Source of the DNA: Podarcis erhardii
Lineage: Eukaryota
NCBI GenBank assembly: GCA_964252035.1
Contig: OZ176204.1
Direction: 5' to 3' (one strand)
DNA: 64,000 bases
In this document: piece after piece, positions 9,992 to 23,259 of the stretch
How positions within the stretch are numbered: the first letter of the stretch is position 1
Layout of the letters: the number at the start of each line of letters is the position of its first letter
The notes under the pieces: model-generated
Databases searched by the model: none
The model's input: the letters and a program-made list of their open reading frames with translations, nothing else
Told to the model about the DNA's origin: nothing
Position numbers and translations under genes: made by a program

Positions 9992-11761
9992 CATCGCCTA
10001 CTGTACAATGCAGCCTACTCCACAAAGATAAGTGTCACATCCATTGTGCTGATCATTTTTCCTTCTGTTCCCACCCACCTATGTTTCTGCCCTTCTTCTA
10101 CCAGGGGCACAAAGCCCTTCTCCCAAATATTTCCCCCCAGAGAACACAGGTATTGGGCTGAAAAAATATTTCCCACCGCTGGCTTAAGTCATGCCAGGAT
10201 TTGTCAGTCAGCTATACACCAAGGTGTGCCATAGACGCTCTGGGAATACAAGTGACATAAATCACCTTCCATGTCCCCCCCCCCCCCAAGAAGCACACAT
10301 TATGCATGTGATTATTATGTCTTGCCTTAGCTGATAGCAAGAGATAATTTATTTGACTTTCCCAAGTGGATTAAGCCCACAGTGTTCAAAAGTAAATATC
10401 ATAATGCCCTATTTACCATGGATCTTAACAGTTCGTGCATAAGTCTTTGTTTATTGCAGAAAAGAGTTGACATGTCTGAAGTTTGTTCTTTGGATAAGAA
10501 TATTATAATTCTACTTGAAGCTCAAATACAATGATAGCTACATTTTGTATTGTTTTCACTGGTGGAAAAAGAATTAACTAGATGATTATAGATTTTTCCT
10601 ATTCACAGATGCTTAAAAATGTTTTTAAGAATAAAATATTAAAGTATTTTTCTCTCTCTCCCTTTCTAACTCCTGAGTGAAATCCATCAAAGTAGGTCAT
10701 TGCAGCAAATTGCACATGCAAATTCAGCCAAATGTCCAACAAGCCACAGTTTATCTGGGGCCTTGTCCTATTAGTCACAGATAGGGAAAATGGACCTTGA
10801 CAATAAAGCCCATTTCACATGGGATGCTATAATGTTTCTGTAATTCTTCATTTATTTACTTTTCTTTATCATTTTTTTTAAATAAACCTGCTTCTCCAAA
10901 AATATATTGATGGTGTACAACAATATGTATATGATAAAATATTGAATGCATTTTTAAACAATCAGATCAAATGATTCTTTAAAATAACTGGCTAGTCAAA
11001 AAACAGCTGCATAGGTCTGTTTGCACAAAGAAGGCTGCCTATACACTATAGATTTAAAGCACATTCAAAACACATACTTTCCCTAAAGAATTCTGGGCAC
11101 TGTAGTCTACTCCTCAGAAGGTTACCATTCCTGGCAGTCCTTAACAAATCTATTGTCCTTCAGATGTTGTTGGACTTCCATTTTCCATGACCAAAGACCA
11201 CGCTAGTTGGGGCTGATTGGAATAGGAGTCCAACAACATCTAGAGGAGAACAAGTTCTCTCCCCCTGTATACAACAAATAATTCAAGAAGAAACCATTAT
11301 TAGCACCCATAAGATGCTATATTATTATGAATTTAATAGCTACTGAAGATTTAAAAATGTTCATACATCTACACACACACTTCAGATACACTCTTGCGTT
11401 TGTCAATTAAGACAAGAATTTTTATTTAAAAAATGTTAATTGCAAAGTCCTTCAGGGCTCCTGCTGGCTACATTTTAATATTGCATTATATAAATTGTGT
11501 ATCATCATCTATACCCACACACGTCCCCTATTTTTTAATGAGTGATGGCTCAATATGTCTAGGTCAGTCTTGCAAGTAAATCCACAGGGACTAGCAGCCC
11601 ACAGCACTTCTGACAGCATACCAAGTGTCAGTTGACAGCAACTCCAGTTTAAAAAGAATCTTAGGTAGGAAGGCTGGAAAACTCTTTTTCTGCCACAGAC
11701 CTTGAGAGCACTGCCAGGCATGATCTGAACCAAAGATCTTGGTCAGTATATGGTAACTTCA

Positions 11762-13005
11762 TTATTGTTGGCATCCATCTGTCTCAGGCGATGTTGGAAG
11801 AATGCATCTTTGGCAGTGAAGTAAAACTTACAGCACATGCTATGGCTGTTCAGACCAATATGGGAGAGACATGTTTTGTTGCAGCTGGGTCACATGAAGA
11901 TATTCCGTTGTGCTCCTGCAGATGCACCATGACATTTCTTCTTTCTGCACTCCTCGCAGAAGTCATTCCTTCTCTGATCACTGCTGTGGACACATAACCT
12001 GACTGGCTGCCTCCAGGCACTGCGGTTGCCTGCAAGGGATTCCCATATGGCAGGGTTAACATTACCAGTCTTCATGTCACATTCGCAAACATCTTTGTAA
12101 TGCAGAGTTGGTCTGCCAATGGGCCTGTAGAGCATGTCCTTGATTATCCTTCCATCTTCTATTCTGTGGACATGGCCAGAATGTCACAGATGTCACTGAG
12201 ACAGGAGCATAAACATCTTTGTTTGAGACACTGTTCTGCCATGTGATGTCCAAAATCGTCCTGACACAGTGCATTTGGAAGGCATTGATCCTGGCAGCTG
12301 TAAGTTGTCCACAATGCACTTACATATAGCAGCCTGGTACACTTTCATCTTGGTACTGGACATTAGCATCACATTCTCTTTTGGAGAGGCAAGCCATTGC
12401 TGTAGCTGCCTTGCCAGTATGCTTCTCCAGCTCAGCGTCTCCATTGAGGTTGCTGGTTATGGTGGAAACCAGGTAGACAAAATTATCTACCACCTCAAGC
12501 CTGTGGTCACCAATGCTGACGAGTGGAGTGCTGGTGATATCCTGACCCAGGATCTTGATCTTCACCAGGCTGTTGGTAAGGCCAATCCGGGCAAAATGGT
12601 TAATGAGTCTCTGCAGAGCAGGGGTGCCCAAACTTTTTTCAAAGAGGGCCAGATTTGATGAAGTGAACATGGGTGAGGGCCGATCAAAGTTGTTGAGCTT
12701 TGTTTAGGATTTTACCCCAGGACATATACTGCAACGGAGGCCAGATCAGGCCCCCAAAACGTGCATCAACATATCTCGGATAAGGATCCGCCACACTTTT
12801 GTCTTGGCATAGGTTGAACAGACTCCCATCACTCCTTAAGTGAAGGTCCACATCACCTTCAGTTGAGCTGAAGGCATATGAGAACACCAGGGAGAAAAAT
12901 ATGTCAAAGATTGTTGGGACAAGAAGACAGCTGTGTTTCACACTATTCTTTATAGGGAAGGCACCCAAGGATGGACAGTCATACTGGACATGTTCTTGTG
13001 GAATT
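11762..13005 (-). mobile_element. RTE-clade LINE (non-BovB), 5'-truncated and frameshifted RT/C-terminal region plus 3' UTR
   Basis: Minus-strand peptides AFPIKNSVKHSCLLVPTIF (GVKQGCVLAPTLF-like), RSDGSLFNL, LEVVDNFVYL, RPIGRPTLHYKDVC and WESLAGNRSAWRQ. Confidence 0.85.
12619..12757 (+). mobile_element. Truncated hAT-type MITE inserted in the RTE
   Basis: CAGGGGTGCCCAAACTTTTTT...GAGGGCCAGATTTG start typical of hAT MITE ends; it interrupts the RTE near the YADD-equivalent region; the right TIR is missing. Confidence 0.5.
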
Positions 13006-13082
13006 CAGTGAAATTCAAGGAGATCGTGTACATGTTCAGAGTAGACACGTACAGGATTCTGCTGTAAGCTTCTATCTCATGT

Positions 13083-13229
13083 GGACATAACTCAGTGGTA
13101 GAGCTAGTGTTTTGCACCCAGAAATTCCCAGGTAAAATCCCTGGCATCTCCAAGTAGGGAAAGTCTCCTAGACAGTGTAAACAATATCAAGCCAGATGGA
13201 CCACTCAGCTTAAGACAGCTTCCTATGTG
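13083..13229 (+). mobile_element. tRNA-derived SINE with CR1-type tail
   Basis: A-box-like TAACTCAGTGGTAGAG, degraded B box CCCAGGTAAAATCCC and tail AGACAGCTTCCTATGT. Confidence 0.65.
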
Positions 13230-14251
13230 CTAGTTTCCTTTATAAAACAGAGACTTTTAAAAATGAGAAGCATTCAAAAATGTGATTCCTCACAATCCAA
13301 GATATGACCACGAAAGGCTACTACCTCATTCTACATAGAACAGCTTTTTAGTCGCACAACTAATTATGATTGCAATCACATTATAACATACAGCTTTGTT
13401 GTGAGGTTGCAGCTTGTCACATCAGTCCCCCCTCCCTGTTAACACTTCCCCATCTAGTGAATGCAACAGCAACAGTGTGTGAACCATGAAACAAAGGGCT
13501 AAAGGTGATCGGTAAAAAGCATGGATCTTGTCCGTGACAAACTGTGTGGTTTGGATGATTTTCACTCAGCCACCTCAAAACAAGCATGCACACAGGCACA
13601 CACATCGTGCAAGTGAAAACACTGCAGCCATATGACAAGGTACTTTACACTTGCCCCTTTCAAGTATCCATCACTACATGGCTTTTCCTTGAATGTGTGA
13701 ACCAGTTGCTTTTTCAACTGCATTTATTACATTCTACTTCACACTTTAGCCAGTTGACAGATATAGAGCACTTCGTAAAAGCAATAATTGGACTGGGAAT
13801 AGAGCTGGCATGGTTCCTTGGGCAGAAACTAGAATTAGATTGGCTTGGATCTTTTGTTAACTGTTAGACTCAAGACACATTGTATTGCGACTGTCCTGTA
13901 ATTTCATTTGGATCTCTGTGAATCTGATGTAGCTCTTATGAAGAACTTCTAGAAGCTGTAGTAGGGGAGATCTTAAGACCAGCCCAAAACCAACCCCCTC
14001 AACAACAACAAAATGTAAACACACATCCATAACTAGAAATTCTCTTACTGGTCATCTAAGAAAAAGCTTAGTACCTAGACCTATAGATTTCTTTTCTGGA
14101 TTTTCTTTTGATCTCATGCTTCATATAACCTTCCAGGGTGAGGCCACTGTTCAACACAGCCTTAGTAAACATAAGTCACTTAATTTCAAAGGTCTTAAGC
14201 ATGTTTAAAGCTCTGTTGGATTTTGTGGTGGCCAATGAGGTGCTTTCATAA

Positions 14252-14645
14252 AATTATAGCATTGATTTTAGAGATGGAAGAGACATTTGAGTCATCTTAC
14301 CCTGTCCCTGGCAGAATGCAAGAAGCTACCTGAAAGTATACCTGACAGATGGTCATCCAGCCACTGCTTAAATATTTCCAATCCACCAACTCCTCCTACT
14401 GTTTCACTATTGAGCAGCTTTTGCTGTGTGGAAGCTTGCCCTCATGCATAGTCAAAATCTAATTCCTTGCACTTTCTACCCACTGATTCTAGTTCTGTCC
14501 TCTGCTCCATCTTCTGTGCAACAGCCTTTCTGATATTTGAAAACCACTGTAATCTCTCTCTTTAGCCTTGTCCTCTCCAGGCTCTGCATCTTCAACACTT
14601 AGAACCATTCCACCTTTGATCAAACTTGCCTTCAATATTCCCCAT
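14252..14645 (-). mobile_element. CR1 LINE 3' fragment (old)
   Basis: CCTGACAGATGGTCATCCAGCC, CTGCTCCATCTTCTGTGCAACAGCC and TTAGCCTTGTCCTCTCCAGGCT are antisense CR1 motifs. Confidence 0.7.
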
Positions 14646-16496
14646 CATCCCGGCTGCTTTCTTTCTAGTAAGCAATGGGCTAGTGCAGTCAAGTGGCAGC
14701 AGAGGAGCATTTCAAGACTGCCCTGGAGGCAAGGAGCACCATTCAACCTTTTGATACCCACTAGTAAGTTCTGATGGCTCCCACTCCATCTCAGATGCTG
14801 GTTGAATTGTGCTGTTTGTTGGATTGTGGTAATCAAATTCTTTTTTAAAAACTGTTGTCATTTATTACAGTGGAATATGTTCTGTAACAGTGTTACGGTC
14901 AGACATGCATCCCACCACCAATTTCTGTGAGAGACTTGAAAATTAAAGTAGTAGAAATTTGCAAGGATCAACCTCTGAATATTCACTGATACCCCACCCA
15001 CCAAGAAATCTATGCCTAAAATACCTTCTTGGCTATTTTAAATGCCCAGGTTCTCTGATTCCCCTTTTCCACTTCTACTGTAACCCATACTTTCATTTCC
15101 AATCTGGTCCTTTTCAAAGATTTATTCTTCTACCGTCAGAAGAACAAAATCTCTTTTGCTCAAAGATGTTTAAGGAACTTAATATACTGGGATAATAGAG
15201 AGGTCCATCCAAGCAGTTTAATGTATTAATGCCATCATTGCAGAAACATTAAAGGACAAATTGAGAAACTTTTCATTTCTCCCTGAATTCCTATTAACAA
15301 TAGCACAAGAGTTTTAAAAAGCATTCCTTGAGACAAGTACGGTGGGCGGGAGGGGGAAGGGGGAATACATATCAAAGAAGCATACCTGAAATATACTTCT
15401 GAAATATGGATGAGTTTGTAAGATGCATTGTTAATAATTATTGAAAGTGGCTCCTAAGGAGTGAAAGTATATTAACTTTGCCATTTTTTTCTAACGAAAC
15501 TAAATTAAGACCCAAAATTCTACAAGGCATTGGAATGAAAAGGAATGCAGGTTCAGTAGGGAGAAATTACCAGCCATGCAATGTCTGTCTATCGCATTCT
15601 ATATTTCACTGCAGTTAGATTATTCCCCTCCTCACACAGCTACAATAACTTCTCTCTTCCTACACTGAAGATAATTTTAATCATGACTTGGTTTTGTGTG
15701 GGGTTTTTTTTAAAAAAGAACATAACTTGATAGAGAGATTCAAGAGGGAGAAGTTCATTTTGGTAATTTAAGTAAGGAAGGGGAAAAGGGCCATCCCAAA
15801 CTACCAAGACACTTCACTGAAAAATTCATGGAGAGTTTAATTTTTAATCTTCTTAGAGAGACTTTCCGTTAGGAGAAAAATCCTGATTTACCACCAGGAC
15901 CTACAGCATGATTCAGGAAAGCATGCCTTGTCATGAAAAAAAGAAAAGAAAAAAGCATTTATGAACTACAATGGTGAACCTGTGGCTTTCCAGATATGAT
16001 TGGACTACAGTTCCCAACATCCTAAGGGAAGAAAAATTCACTACAGCTGAACCAAATGATTCATTTATTTTTTTAAAAAAAGCATGAAAGTTCATCAGCT
16101 AAATGCAGAAAAGAAACTTTTATATGAGGCTATCCAATAAATCCGCTCTTATCTACAAGACATTAAAAAGCAAAGAATGCGAGTCAAGTGTGTAACATTA
16201 AGTATATTTATAAATAATGAGACTGGGGAGCTGAGAAAAGTAGGAGACATGTTTATGTGATTCATAAAATATGAGCTAATGGTCCGAGCAATTTCTAAGC
16301 ATTTAATTTCTCAAAACAGATGTGCCAGGCTGCCTGGCATCCTATGACCTGGAAGTTGTTTCTCCACTCACAAATGAGTGAGGGGGCTGGTTTGCATGGA
16401 TCCATGGAGGGGAAAAAATGACATTTTCATGTAGAATGCATGAAACATCCTCATTGAGGGAGCATTTAGCAAGACCTATAGTGGGAAATAAGAATA

Positions 16497-16850
16497 CAGT
16501 GGTGCCCCGCAAGATGAATGCCTCGCAAGACGGAAAACTCGCTAGACGAAAGAGTTTTCCGTTTTGGAGGTGCTTCGCAAAACGAATTTCCTATGGGCTT
16601 GCATCGCAAGACGAAAATGTCTTGCGAGTTCCTGCGGGGTTTTTTTCCTTTCCCCCCTTTTTTCTAAGCCGCTAAGCCGCTTATCCGCTTATCCGCTAAG
16701 CCACTAAGCCGCTAAAAGCCGCTAAAAGCCGCTAAACTGCTAATAGCACTAATCCGCTAAGCCGTCAATGGGCTTGCTTCACAAGATGAAAAAACCGCTA
16801 GACGAAGAGACTCGCAGAACGGATTCTTTTCGTCTTGCGAGGCACCACTG
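16497..16850. mobile_element. 354-bp Tc1/mariner-type MITE with internal CTAAGCCG repeats
   Basis: TIRs CAGTGGTGCCCCGCAAGATGAA / TTCGTCTTGCGAGGCACCACTG (20/22 match); TA on both sides; CpG-rich. Confidence 0.9.
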
Positions 16851-16851
16851 T

Positions 16852-16990
16852 ATAAGAATAACTCAGCTGGATTTGGCCAGTGGCCTAGTGTCCTGTTCTC
16901 ACGGTGCGTAACTAGATGCCTATGGCAAGCGTGCGAGAAGGACCTGGGTGCAACAACACATTTCCCTATTGCTGTTTCCAGCAATAGGGT
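16852..16990 (-). mobile_element. CR1-type 3' end fragment
   Basis: ATAAGAAT...CTGGATTTGGCCAGTGGCC...TCCTGTTCTCACGGTG...AGATGCCTATGG antisense tail; the MITE sits in its tail repeat. Confidence 0.6.
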
Positions 16991-17176
16991 TGTTCATGGA
17001 CCCTTTGACCCTACCTGATCTCCATTCACTATCTACCATATCAACATTCACCAGTAACTGTATAATGAAGGTGCTTCAGGAAACTATGTCGTTGCAAAGT
17101 TGTGGGTATGTTAAGGATAGTAGGAGAAGATATATTGATTAAATATTATCCTTCCTTCACGCACGCTATTGAGTAA

Positions 17177-17722
17177 TGTAGCAGAGCAGATTCCCTTCAA
17201 TACAGCAGGAAGCTAGTTTGCAGATTCGTTTGAATCTCTTTCGTTAAGCAATCCAGTCTGGCTTGATCAGGCTGGATTATTCCTGGTGTTCCCTTTGATC
17301 CCTCTTAAAAGAATAAAGATACAAGAGTCTTTCCTTAAAAGTAATAAGAAGTTTACTCACATACAGTTCACAGTATGATCCCTGAAGGCAGGCTTTAGCT
17401 AGTAGTTACAGAACATATTGTGAGTTGATCCCATATGGGGATGGAGCCCATGTGCTGCTGGCTGAGAGCCAGCAGACAGCAAAATCCATTAAGAGAACGG
17501 CATCAAGAGAACAAAATGGCTGCAGGAGAACAGCATGGCATCAAGAGAGAGAGATGGCTGCATGACTTGGCTCTTTTATGGAGTCAGCCAGGGTCATGTG
17601 AAGGGGGAAGACACTCCAGGCCAGTGGAACAGGAAGTTATACTGACTGGAATAACACCTCCCTGCCTGTGTCCACTCTAGGGAAACAAGGAATGTTGTAT
17701 TTGACTGCTCCAATGGATTACA
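17177..17722. mobile_element. Solo-LTR-like dispersed repeat, copy 1
   Basis: TG...CA termini; similar at both ends to 44618-45127 (TAGCAGAG..., AGTTTACTCACAT..GTTCACAG, GTCCACTCTAGGG...TTGACTGCTC); no TSD found. Confidence 0.5.
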
Positions 17723-18229
17723 TCCCACAAAAGTTTCCTTGGTCTGTTAGGGTGTGAGGGAGAGATCTGCAGTTTTGATAGCTTCATTTCTTGAATTTTA
17801 TGTTTGGGGAAGCTGTTATTGTTATCATCCAATAATGCTCCTACTTGAAGCCCTAGCTTGAGTGCTACTTGTTGATAGTTTTTAAAACCCTCTCTGTTTA
17901 TGCTGCAATGTATCCCAAGGGTGGTATTTCATGAAAATTGATGGTAAGAGGTTTCCTCTCAACAGATCATCAAATTCTCATTGCATGATTAAAAATGCAC
18001 TTTTAGGCATGCTCAGTGATAAATCAGGTGTCTCACCTTTATGAATGAAAACATTATGCAGCATGTAAATTTCTAGAAATATAACTGATTCATATTTCAT
18101 CCAACATTTATTTACCTCCCACCTCCAATGCTAGGTTGGACATGAGAAACATTTCCTCCTCTTAGTACTTTGACTTTTTCTCTCCTAAAGGGTAGAGCCT
18201 TTTTATAGGTCACTATTCCAAATAACAGA

Positions 18230-18558
18230 GGGACGCGGGTGGTGCTGTGGGTTAAACCACAGAGCTTAGGACTTGCCGATCAGAAGGTTGGCAGTTCGAA
18301 TCCCTGTGACGGGGTGAGCTCCTGTTGCTCGATCCCTGCTCCTGCCAACCTGGCAGTTCGAAAGCACATCAAAGTGCAAGTAGATAAATAGGTACCACTC
18401 TGGCAGGAAGGTAAACGGTGTTTCCGTGCGCTGCTCTGGTTCGTCAGAAGCGGCTTAGTCATGCCGGCTCCCTCGGCCAATAAAGCGAGATGAGCGCCGC
18501 AACCCCAGAGTCGGCCACAACTGGACCTAATGGTCAGGGGTCCCTTTACCTTTACCTT
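18230..18558 (+). mobile_element. Sauria SINE (subfamily i)
   Basis: tRNA head GGGACGCGGGTGG..., B box GTTCGAATCC and (ACCTTT)n tail; 14-bp TSD TATTCCAAATAACA at 18214-18227 and 18559-18572. Confidence 0.95.
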
Positions 18559-19051
18559 TATTCCAAATAACATCATCCCATTTGCACCCCATCCTTCCTC
18601 TGAGGAGTTCAGAGGGGTTAGGCTACATTATCCTCAAAACTGTGCGGTAGGCTCCCCTAGTCATGTTACCTTCTCTAAATGCTGCCCTGGCAGCCATTCT
18701 CTTTCCCTAGTATTTTCTCTGTAACAGCCGGCTCCATACATCTCAGAGGAGACTAAAAATCCTGTTAGAAACAATAATTGGAATGGCTTGAGGGGGTAAA
18801 ATTATTTACACTTTCTTTCCGGTCTCAGTTAGCTTATGGCCAGAAACATGAGGATTCGTGCCTTTGATAGGATTATTTTTCATTTGAGGTAATGAAGAAG
18901 TCTGCAACTTCTAAAAGTTAAAGAAGGACAGACACTCTTGAATTTGCTCCCCCAGTTAAAAGAGAGGGAGAGAGAGATGAAGATGCAACCTATTTTCCCC
19001 CTCATTCAGGTCTTCTTCAAGAGCTTCGTATTACAAAGAGCTGGAGGAAGT

Positions 19052-19065
19052 GAGAGAGAGAGAGA

Positions 19066-19135
<70 letters not shown>
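19052..19135. repeat. Compound (GA)n(GT)n(GA)n microsatellite
   Basis: Read directly from the sequence. Confidence 0.95.
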
Positions 19136-19138
<3 letters not shown>

Positions 19139-19876
19139 GGGAAAGGTCATTTCACCCAATTTATTTGAACCCAGGTTAAAATGAATGACGACAGTCCCAT
19201 TGTAATTGTGTGCAAGATGGTTTCAGGGTTTTCATTTGAACTCCTCTGGGGGACTTCCTGATGGGCACCCACTTTTAGAACGCTTTCTGTTTGCACCACA
19301 TAAAGCAGCATTTTAGGATAACTCAGAAAATTCATTATTTCCTCCTATTAGTTCATTATGAAGTTGGACAGTTGTCGCAACTTGGCTTGGTGGACAAAGT
19401 GCACATAGTTTTGAAGTTTCTAAGGTTTTTTTTAAACAACAACACAAAACTGGAGAATGCAGTCACTTAATTAAAATGGGACCTATGCATCTTATGCTTA
19501 TCCCCAGATAAAGTTTATGTTTATAAAGATGATCAGCAACCAAGCATGATAATCCTGATTTTCAGGCTCACTTTAAGAATTTGCAAACACTTTTGCAGAT
19601 GAACACAGCTTTTGCCTGCCTCACCCACACTTTCCAGAGACCACTTTGAATCACTCTGCAACCAAATTGTGCAACTGAAGATGCTCTTGAAGTTCCCATG
19701 TGCTTCAGCCAGACAGAAAAATGCATAAAGCTTCATTTGGAGCCACATTTGTATGCAACCTTTAACCGAATGTTCTGACTTCATAAGACTCAGTATGCAC
19801 AAACTGCTTGCAGGACCCAACAGCCCCCCCCCCCCTTAGGCCAATTCACACATCCCTGGCAAAATAAGTTTGAGAA

Positions 19877-20025
19877 GGAGGTTAGCTTAGTGATAGAACA
19901 TCTGCTTTGCATGCAGAAGTCCTCAGGTTCAATCTCCAGCATCTCCAGGTCTGAAACCTTGGAAACCTAGACTGAAACCCTCAGTCTAGACTGAGCTAAT
20001 TGTACTCAGGTAGCTCCCTATGTTC
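19877..20025 (+). mobile_element. tRNA(Ala)-like-head SINE with CR1-type tail
   Basis: TAGCTTAGTGATAGAACATCTGCTTTGCATGCAGAAG..CAGGTTCAATCTCC head and GCTCCCTATGTTC tail. Confidence 0.7.
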
Positions 20026-20239
20026 TTAAGTCTGGATTCAGCACTTAACCATAGTTTCCTGTTGCATGCAAACCTGGAAACAATGGCCAATGGCTGCAAA
20101 ACAAGCTGGGGTTTTAACTGTGTTTTAAAGAATCCTGGAAGACAGTACGGGTGTCTGGCTGAACAGGGGCACCCCATGCAGCAACATTTCATTATTACCA
20201 TCCAAATAACTGCACATTATGTACAATATATTGTTGTAC

Positions 20240-20318
20240 ATAGAATAATAGAACTGTGGAGTTGGAAGGGACCCTGAGGATCATCCAGTCCAACTCCTTC
20301 TAATGCAGGAATATGCAG
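20240..20318 (-). mobile_element. CR1 extreme 3' end
   Basis: CATAGAATAATAGAACTGTGGAGTTGGAAGGGACCCTGAGGATCATCCAGTCCAAC. Confidence 0.7.
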
Positions 20319-20607
20319 TAATTTCACAGGAATAATTTAAAATTACAATAAGGTATAGTGTTTTTGTTCACGTAAAATACACTGTGGACTGAAATAAAGA
20401 AGAGAATAACCAGGAAACCTGGTGTGACCTTTCTGATGGTTGTGGCTAGACTGGTAATAGCTGGAAATGGGAAAGCACTTGACTGCTTTTACCTTTGAGA
20501 GGGGGCTACAACAGGTGTGGCACATCACACTTAGGGAAAGGCTAACCATGCTGCTAGCTGAAAGCTTTAAAGGGACACTCAGAGGAACAGGCTTTTATTA
20601 ACACATG

Positions 20608-20849
20608 TGTTATGTGCTAAGCTTGGATCCTAGAACAATAGGCAAGTAGGATCCTAGAATGCAACAACTGATTGGCCTGCAGGAAAAGACCAATCAGGCT
20701 CCAGGAGGGAAGCAGAATCAGCCAATCAGATGGGACTCATTGTGTAAATAATGTATATAAAAGCCTGAAGTTTGGGGGGCAATTCAACCACTGTTTTACC
20801 AGCTGCAATAAAGAGCATGAAATCACTGCAGGACTCTGAGTATATATTA
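20608..20849 (+). mobile_element. Solo LTR
   Basis: TGTTATGT start, CCAAT boxes (CCAATCAG twice, plus GATTGG), TATA box TATATAAAAG and poly(A) signal AATAAA in canonical U3-R-U5 order. Confidence 0.75.
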
Positions 20850-21041
20850 AACAAAACAAATATGGAATAAACCTGCACATATCCCTCTGCTGGAATGTCT
20901 TGGGATAATAGTAGACTTTTTTCTTTTTCTTTTTTGTCCATCACAGACTCTCTAAGAATGTCATTTTTGTATTCATGATTGGCCATAACAGTAACTCAAG
21001 AAGTTGTTGCTATTTGTTGGCTGTAAATTTCTTGAGCTCTA

Positions 21042-21042
21042 A

Positions 21043-21094
<52 letters not shown>

Positions 21095-21096
21095 AA
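21042..21096. repeat. (AAAG)n microsatellite
   Basis: Read directly from the sequence. Confidence 0.95.
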
Positions 21097-21206
21097 CCTG
21101 ATATTTAAAACAAACAACCATAGCACTCTAAAGTTAGCAAATGTCTACCCAAATGATTAGAAAGTTGAAGTAATTTTAATGCAAGTTTTATGAAATCAGT
21201 CAGTGA

Positions 21207-21245
21207 ATCCATCCATCCATCCATCCATCCATCCATCCATCCATC
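21207..21245. repeat. (ATCC)n microsatellite
   Basis: Read directly from the sequence. Confidence 0.95.
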
Positions 21246-23259
21246 AATCAGGTTTGACCGTATAATTGTATTCAGTGACATGTATTGATAAGTGGATCCT
21301 GATTATCTAATATTTCAGGATTGCTTATATCAGCAGACTTTGAAAGACCAGAAAGATAGGCAGAGGATGTGGTGTGACTGGATACTCCAGTGTCTCACAG
21401 TGGGTGCTTGGACATCTTAATCATTTTTTCATCCTTAAAACCTGAGGTCTGGTGATTGGATGGATTTTCTGATGCTATTTTCATTTTATACAAGCATGAC
21501 CCCTGATACAAACAAGCCATCAGGTTGTTTTGCGATGACGCATTTTATTTTAATGTTCAAGGACCCTCTACATTTTATTGTAACCTTAAATGATTCAGTT
21601 ACAGCGATATGTTGAATACAAATTGCAGCTCCTTTTATAATCCTGTGCTTCTGTCTCCGAAACTGTTCCCTGCCCCTGTTTCCTGCATTCTGCCCCACTC
21701 ATTTTTACTGCAGGTGGAGGGGGAGAAACTATTAGTGCAACTTAACAGGCCTTATGTGAAACATGAGGCACACTTTGAAATAGGCATAAATACACATCAT
21801 TATTATTAACAGTCCCTGTTTTCTGAACTTAGACAAAAGACATCGGGGAGACTTTGGTATTGTATTTAATACCAGATAATTGGCTTTCTATTTTTCAAGA
21901 GATTAATGAAATTGCAAATTGCAATGTAACACCCACCCCACAACTGGCTCTTCTAAAACATCTTTGAAGAGAATGATAAAGGATTAAACTGCAAGGAGTC
22001 GATTATCTATATGCTAACTGCGGCCAAAGCCACAATTAGTCTGAATTTGGAGCAATCTAGCCAGAGCAGACATTTCTGACTGATACACCAAGTTATAGGA
22101 ATCAGCCCAACCAGGAAAAAAAATTGGCATATCAATTTGACCTCTAGAAGTCAAAAAAAGTAAGGACAACTTCCTTTCTGTTTGGTATGATTTTATTGTC
22201 TTAATAAAATAGAACATAGACAATGTCCCCAGCCTATAAATGGCTGTGGATAATGCAATAAAACAGGAACACGTGCAGAACTTCACAAACTAAGATTTGC
22301 TGGAAATGCATCTCATCCCACTGGAAAATAATATTTGTTATAATGTATATTATACCGAAAATTTGGAATGTATTACTGATGGCTCCCTTTTTTGTTTTTC
22401 CTTCAGCATTTCACACCTGTCTTCTGTGGTTATTTGTTCTGCGCTTGATTTTGCATTGTAAAAAATTTAGAAAGGGGGAGGAAACCAAAAGCAGACATCC
22501 CTGGGTGCTCTGGAGCTGTGAAATCAGTCACTTTCCAGCTTTGTGAAATGCTTGCAGTGCTATTCATCTGGAAACCTGAAGGGGGCACTCACCTTCTACC
22601 ATGCTGTAACTTGGGACTGTTAACACACGATTCCCTGGCCCCTTTATCTGTGGAGCAAAAACCTCTGCTTTTGCTGGAATTAGAAATCTTGATTATTTCG
22701 CAAGCCACGACTTCTGGGCCTGAAGCACATGGCCGTGTTACTAGGTCAATGCTGATGCCATCTATTCATGTTTATTTTGTAACAGAGCTAGTGAGGTCAC
22801 TCCATCTGATGCAGTACTGGCTATTTATCTCTGCAGAGACACTGACAGACATAGACAAAAGGGTTGCTCTGCTATCTGCAGTTGTGTAGCAGATATTAAA
22901 ACGCGGCAGGCTTTTGTCATTATTTCATCGCTTCATTTATTGATGCGTGTGGTTGTTGTTTTTTTTAATAAGGTATCTTGGGGAAATGTTACCTTGACCT
23001 GTCCAAAATACTGTTCTTCAATGTATAATGTATAATAATGTATAATATCTACTATACATTTTGGAAAATTGCCTGTCTGTTTGCTAAGCATGCAGACACC
23101 TCTTAAGGTATCTCTACCAAATCTTCCTTGATGGTTTCTGAGATCAAATAGCAGGGATTTTGGGGGGTCTGTGTTTGGATACAACTGGGTACCATTTTGT
23201 CGAAGGAGGCAGTGGCAAGACCACTCCTTAAGAAGCCCTCCCTGGATTTGGGAAATCAC

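Noticed and set aside
16488-16860. Apparent 9-bp TSD ATAAGAATA around the MITE
   Set aside because: Explained by the octamer tail repeat of the host CR1 plus the true TA duplication.
18230-18320. tRNA-like A/B boxes in SINE heads (also 13083, 19877, 55611 and others)
   Set aside because: They are SINE promoters followed by SINE bodies and tails, not complete cloverleaf tRNA genes.
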